A stretch of DNA of 64,000 nucleotides from a virus: positions 256,001-320,000 of the IMG/VR virus record IMGVR_UViG_3300045988_180880, one strand, 5' to 3'. This document shows, in pieces, positions 63,398 through 64,000 of this stretch (within the stretch, counting starts at the first letter, position 1; each line of letters begins with the position of its first letter). The notes beneath the pieces were generated by a model. The model was not told where the DNA came from and ran no database searches. It worked only from the letters and a program-made list of their open reading frames with translations. A program made the position numbers and the translations under genes.

Positions 63398-64000
63398 ATG
63401 AGAGAAAGAAATATAGAAAATGAGATTCTGAAGCAAAATAAAATTCCTGGATGTGATCAACTTACTAGACCTGAGGAAGTAAAAGCTCTTAGTAAATATC
63501 TTAAAAGTATTAGAACAACTCAAGAAAATCATACTTCCCTAGAGAAAGATAATCTAGAACTCCCTGGAAGAACAACAGGGAGGATTCCAGAAATTAATTC
63601 TCTCGAAGATCATGTAGAAGGATTAGATGGAATTAGGGGTGTAAAGAATTTATATAAAGAAAGTAGTAGAATATCTTTGAGTGATGATCAAGGAGAAAAG
63701 ATACCTACAGGATTATATACAGAAAAGTCACGTGAAAATTTAGAGGATAAAAGAAAAATATTCTTAGAGAATAAACGTGAGGATCTTAAAAATACTTTAG
63801 AGGATCCTAAACTTGAAAAACACAGAGAAAATCTTGATACAGATTCTTCGGGGATAGATGAACTTAACAAAGAAAAAGTAAATCTAGAAGGAGTTAGGGA
63901 TGTAAGAAATCTTTATATAAATACAAAAGAAAAACTTAAGGTTCCAGAAGAAGATCTAAAACTAGGAAAAGAAAAGGAATCTCTTATTGATAATCATAAT
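63398..64000 (+). CDS. hypothetical protein, 5' partial (runs off the window)
   Basis: ATG at 63398, open for 201 codons to the window end. Repeated LDGIRGVKNLY / LEGVRDVRNLY motifs. Not in the ORF track because it has no stop. Confidence 0.55.
   Translation, partial: MRERNIENEILKQNKIPGCDQLTRPEEVKALSKYLKSIRTTQENHTSLEKDNLELPGRTTGRIPEINSLEDHVEGLDGIRGVKNLYKESSRISLSDDQGEKIPTGLYTEKSRENLEDKRKIFLENKREDLKNTLEDPKLEKHRENLDTDSSGIDELNKEKVNLEGVRDVRNLYINTKEKLKVPEEDLKLGKEKESLIDNHN

Noticed and set aside
326-63870. Other short ORFs nested in or antisense to longer genes. These are 326..589, 2679..2876, 10079..10264, 11437..11712, 16297..16485, 17430..17717, 17449..17646, 24516..24773, 26529..26753, 29550..29741, 34397..34654, 36551..36838, 38599..38820, 40420..40632, 40780..40995, 41311..41535, 41400..41690, 43311..43520, 44483..44698, 45257..45724, 45788..46003, 45981..46229, 46216..46398, 48124..48321, 49081..49359, 49307..49762, 49972..50217, 53521..53724, 55173..55700 and 63688..63870.
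   Set aside because: Each lies inside, or largely overlaps, a longer ORF with recognisable motifs or operon context. Their products are low-complexity, consistent with chance ORFs in biased sequence.
1-64000. Assigning the contig to crAss-like phages because of the AT-rich genome, many introns and many endonuclease genes
   Set aside because: The sheath-like protein and the T4-type replication set (RNase H-like FEN, gp46/47-like nuclease, gp32-like SSB) do not fit what I remember of crAss-like podoviruses. Without searches the taxonomy is left open.

Overview
AT-rich segment (roughly 30% GC by eye) of a large virulent tailed-phage genome with a T4-like gene inventory. 0.3-3.0 kb holds a small plus-strand cluster that includes a CX5R phosphatase. 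3.2-22.8 kb is a minus-strand replication and nucleotide-metabolism module: soluble FtsH-like AAA-protease, PhoH, an IMPDH/GMP-reductase-family enzyme, a single-chain Mre11-Rad50, a SWIM protein, a T4 RNase H-like FEN, SSB and an SF2-like ATPase. 22.8-23.6 kb is an ORF-free divergent control region. 23.6-64 kb is a plus-strand morphogenesis module: portal-like protein, TerL, prohead protease, acidic scaffold-like proteins, putative major capsid protein, tail-sheath-like protein and more than 25 small virion-type proteins. This module is interspersed with 10 tRNA genes and 6 freestanding homing-endonuclease genes, two of them damaged or frameshifted. Main observations: (1) Six conserved genes (phoH, portal, the 35097 gene, terL, protease, sheath) appear fragmented in the ORF track because 12 ORF-less mini group I introns of 168-211 nt interrupt them. 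Ten share near-textbook P/Q/R/S cores; two form a second sequence class. In most copies the internal guide matches the upstream exon and the chosen splice points restore the frame; four copies (protease intron 1, sheath introns 1 and 3, and the portal class-B intron) have ambiguous boundaries. (2) About 29 proteins of the structural module start with the same basic-aromatic N-terminal box (consensus M-I-I-K-R-K-L-F-S). The [KR]-x-[FY]-S core recurs many times inside two acidic scaffold-like proteins next to the protease gene. (3) A conserved structured RNA leader with compensatory base changes links four tRNA genes to downstream endonuclease genes of two unrelated families. All functional calls come from motifs read by eye; no database search was run.
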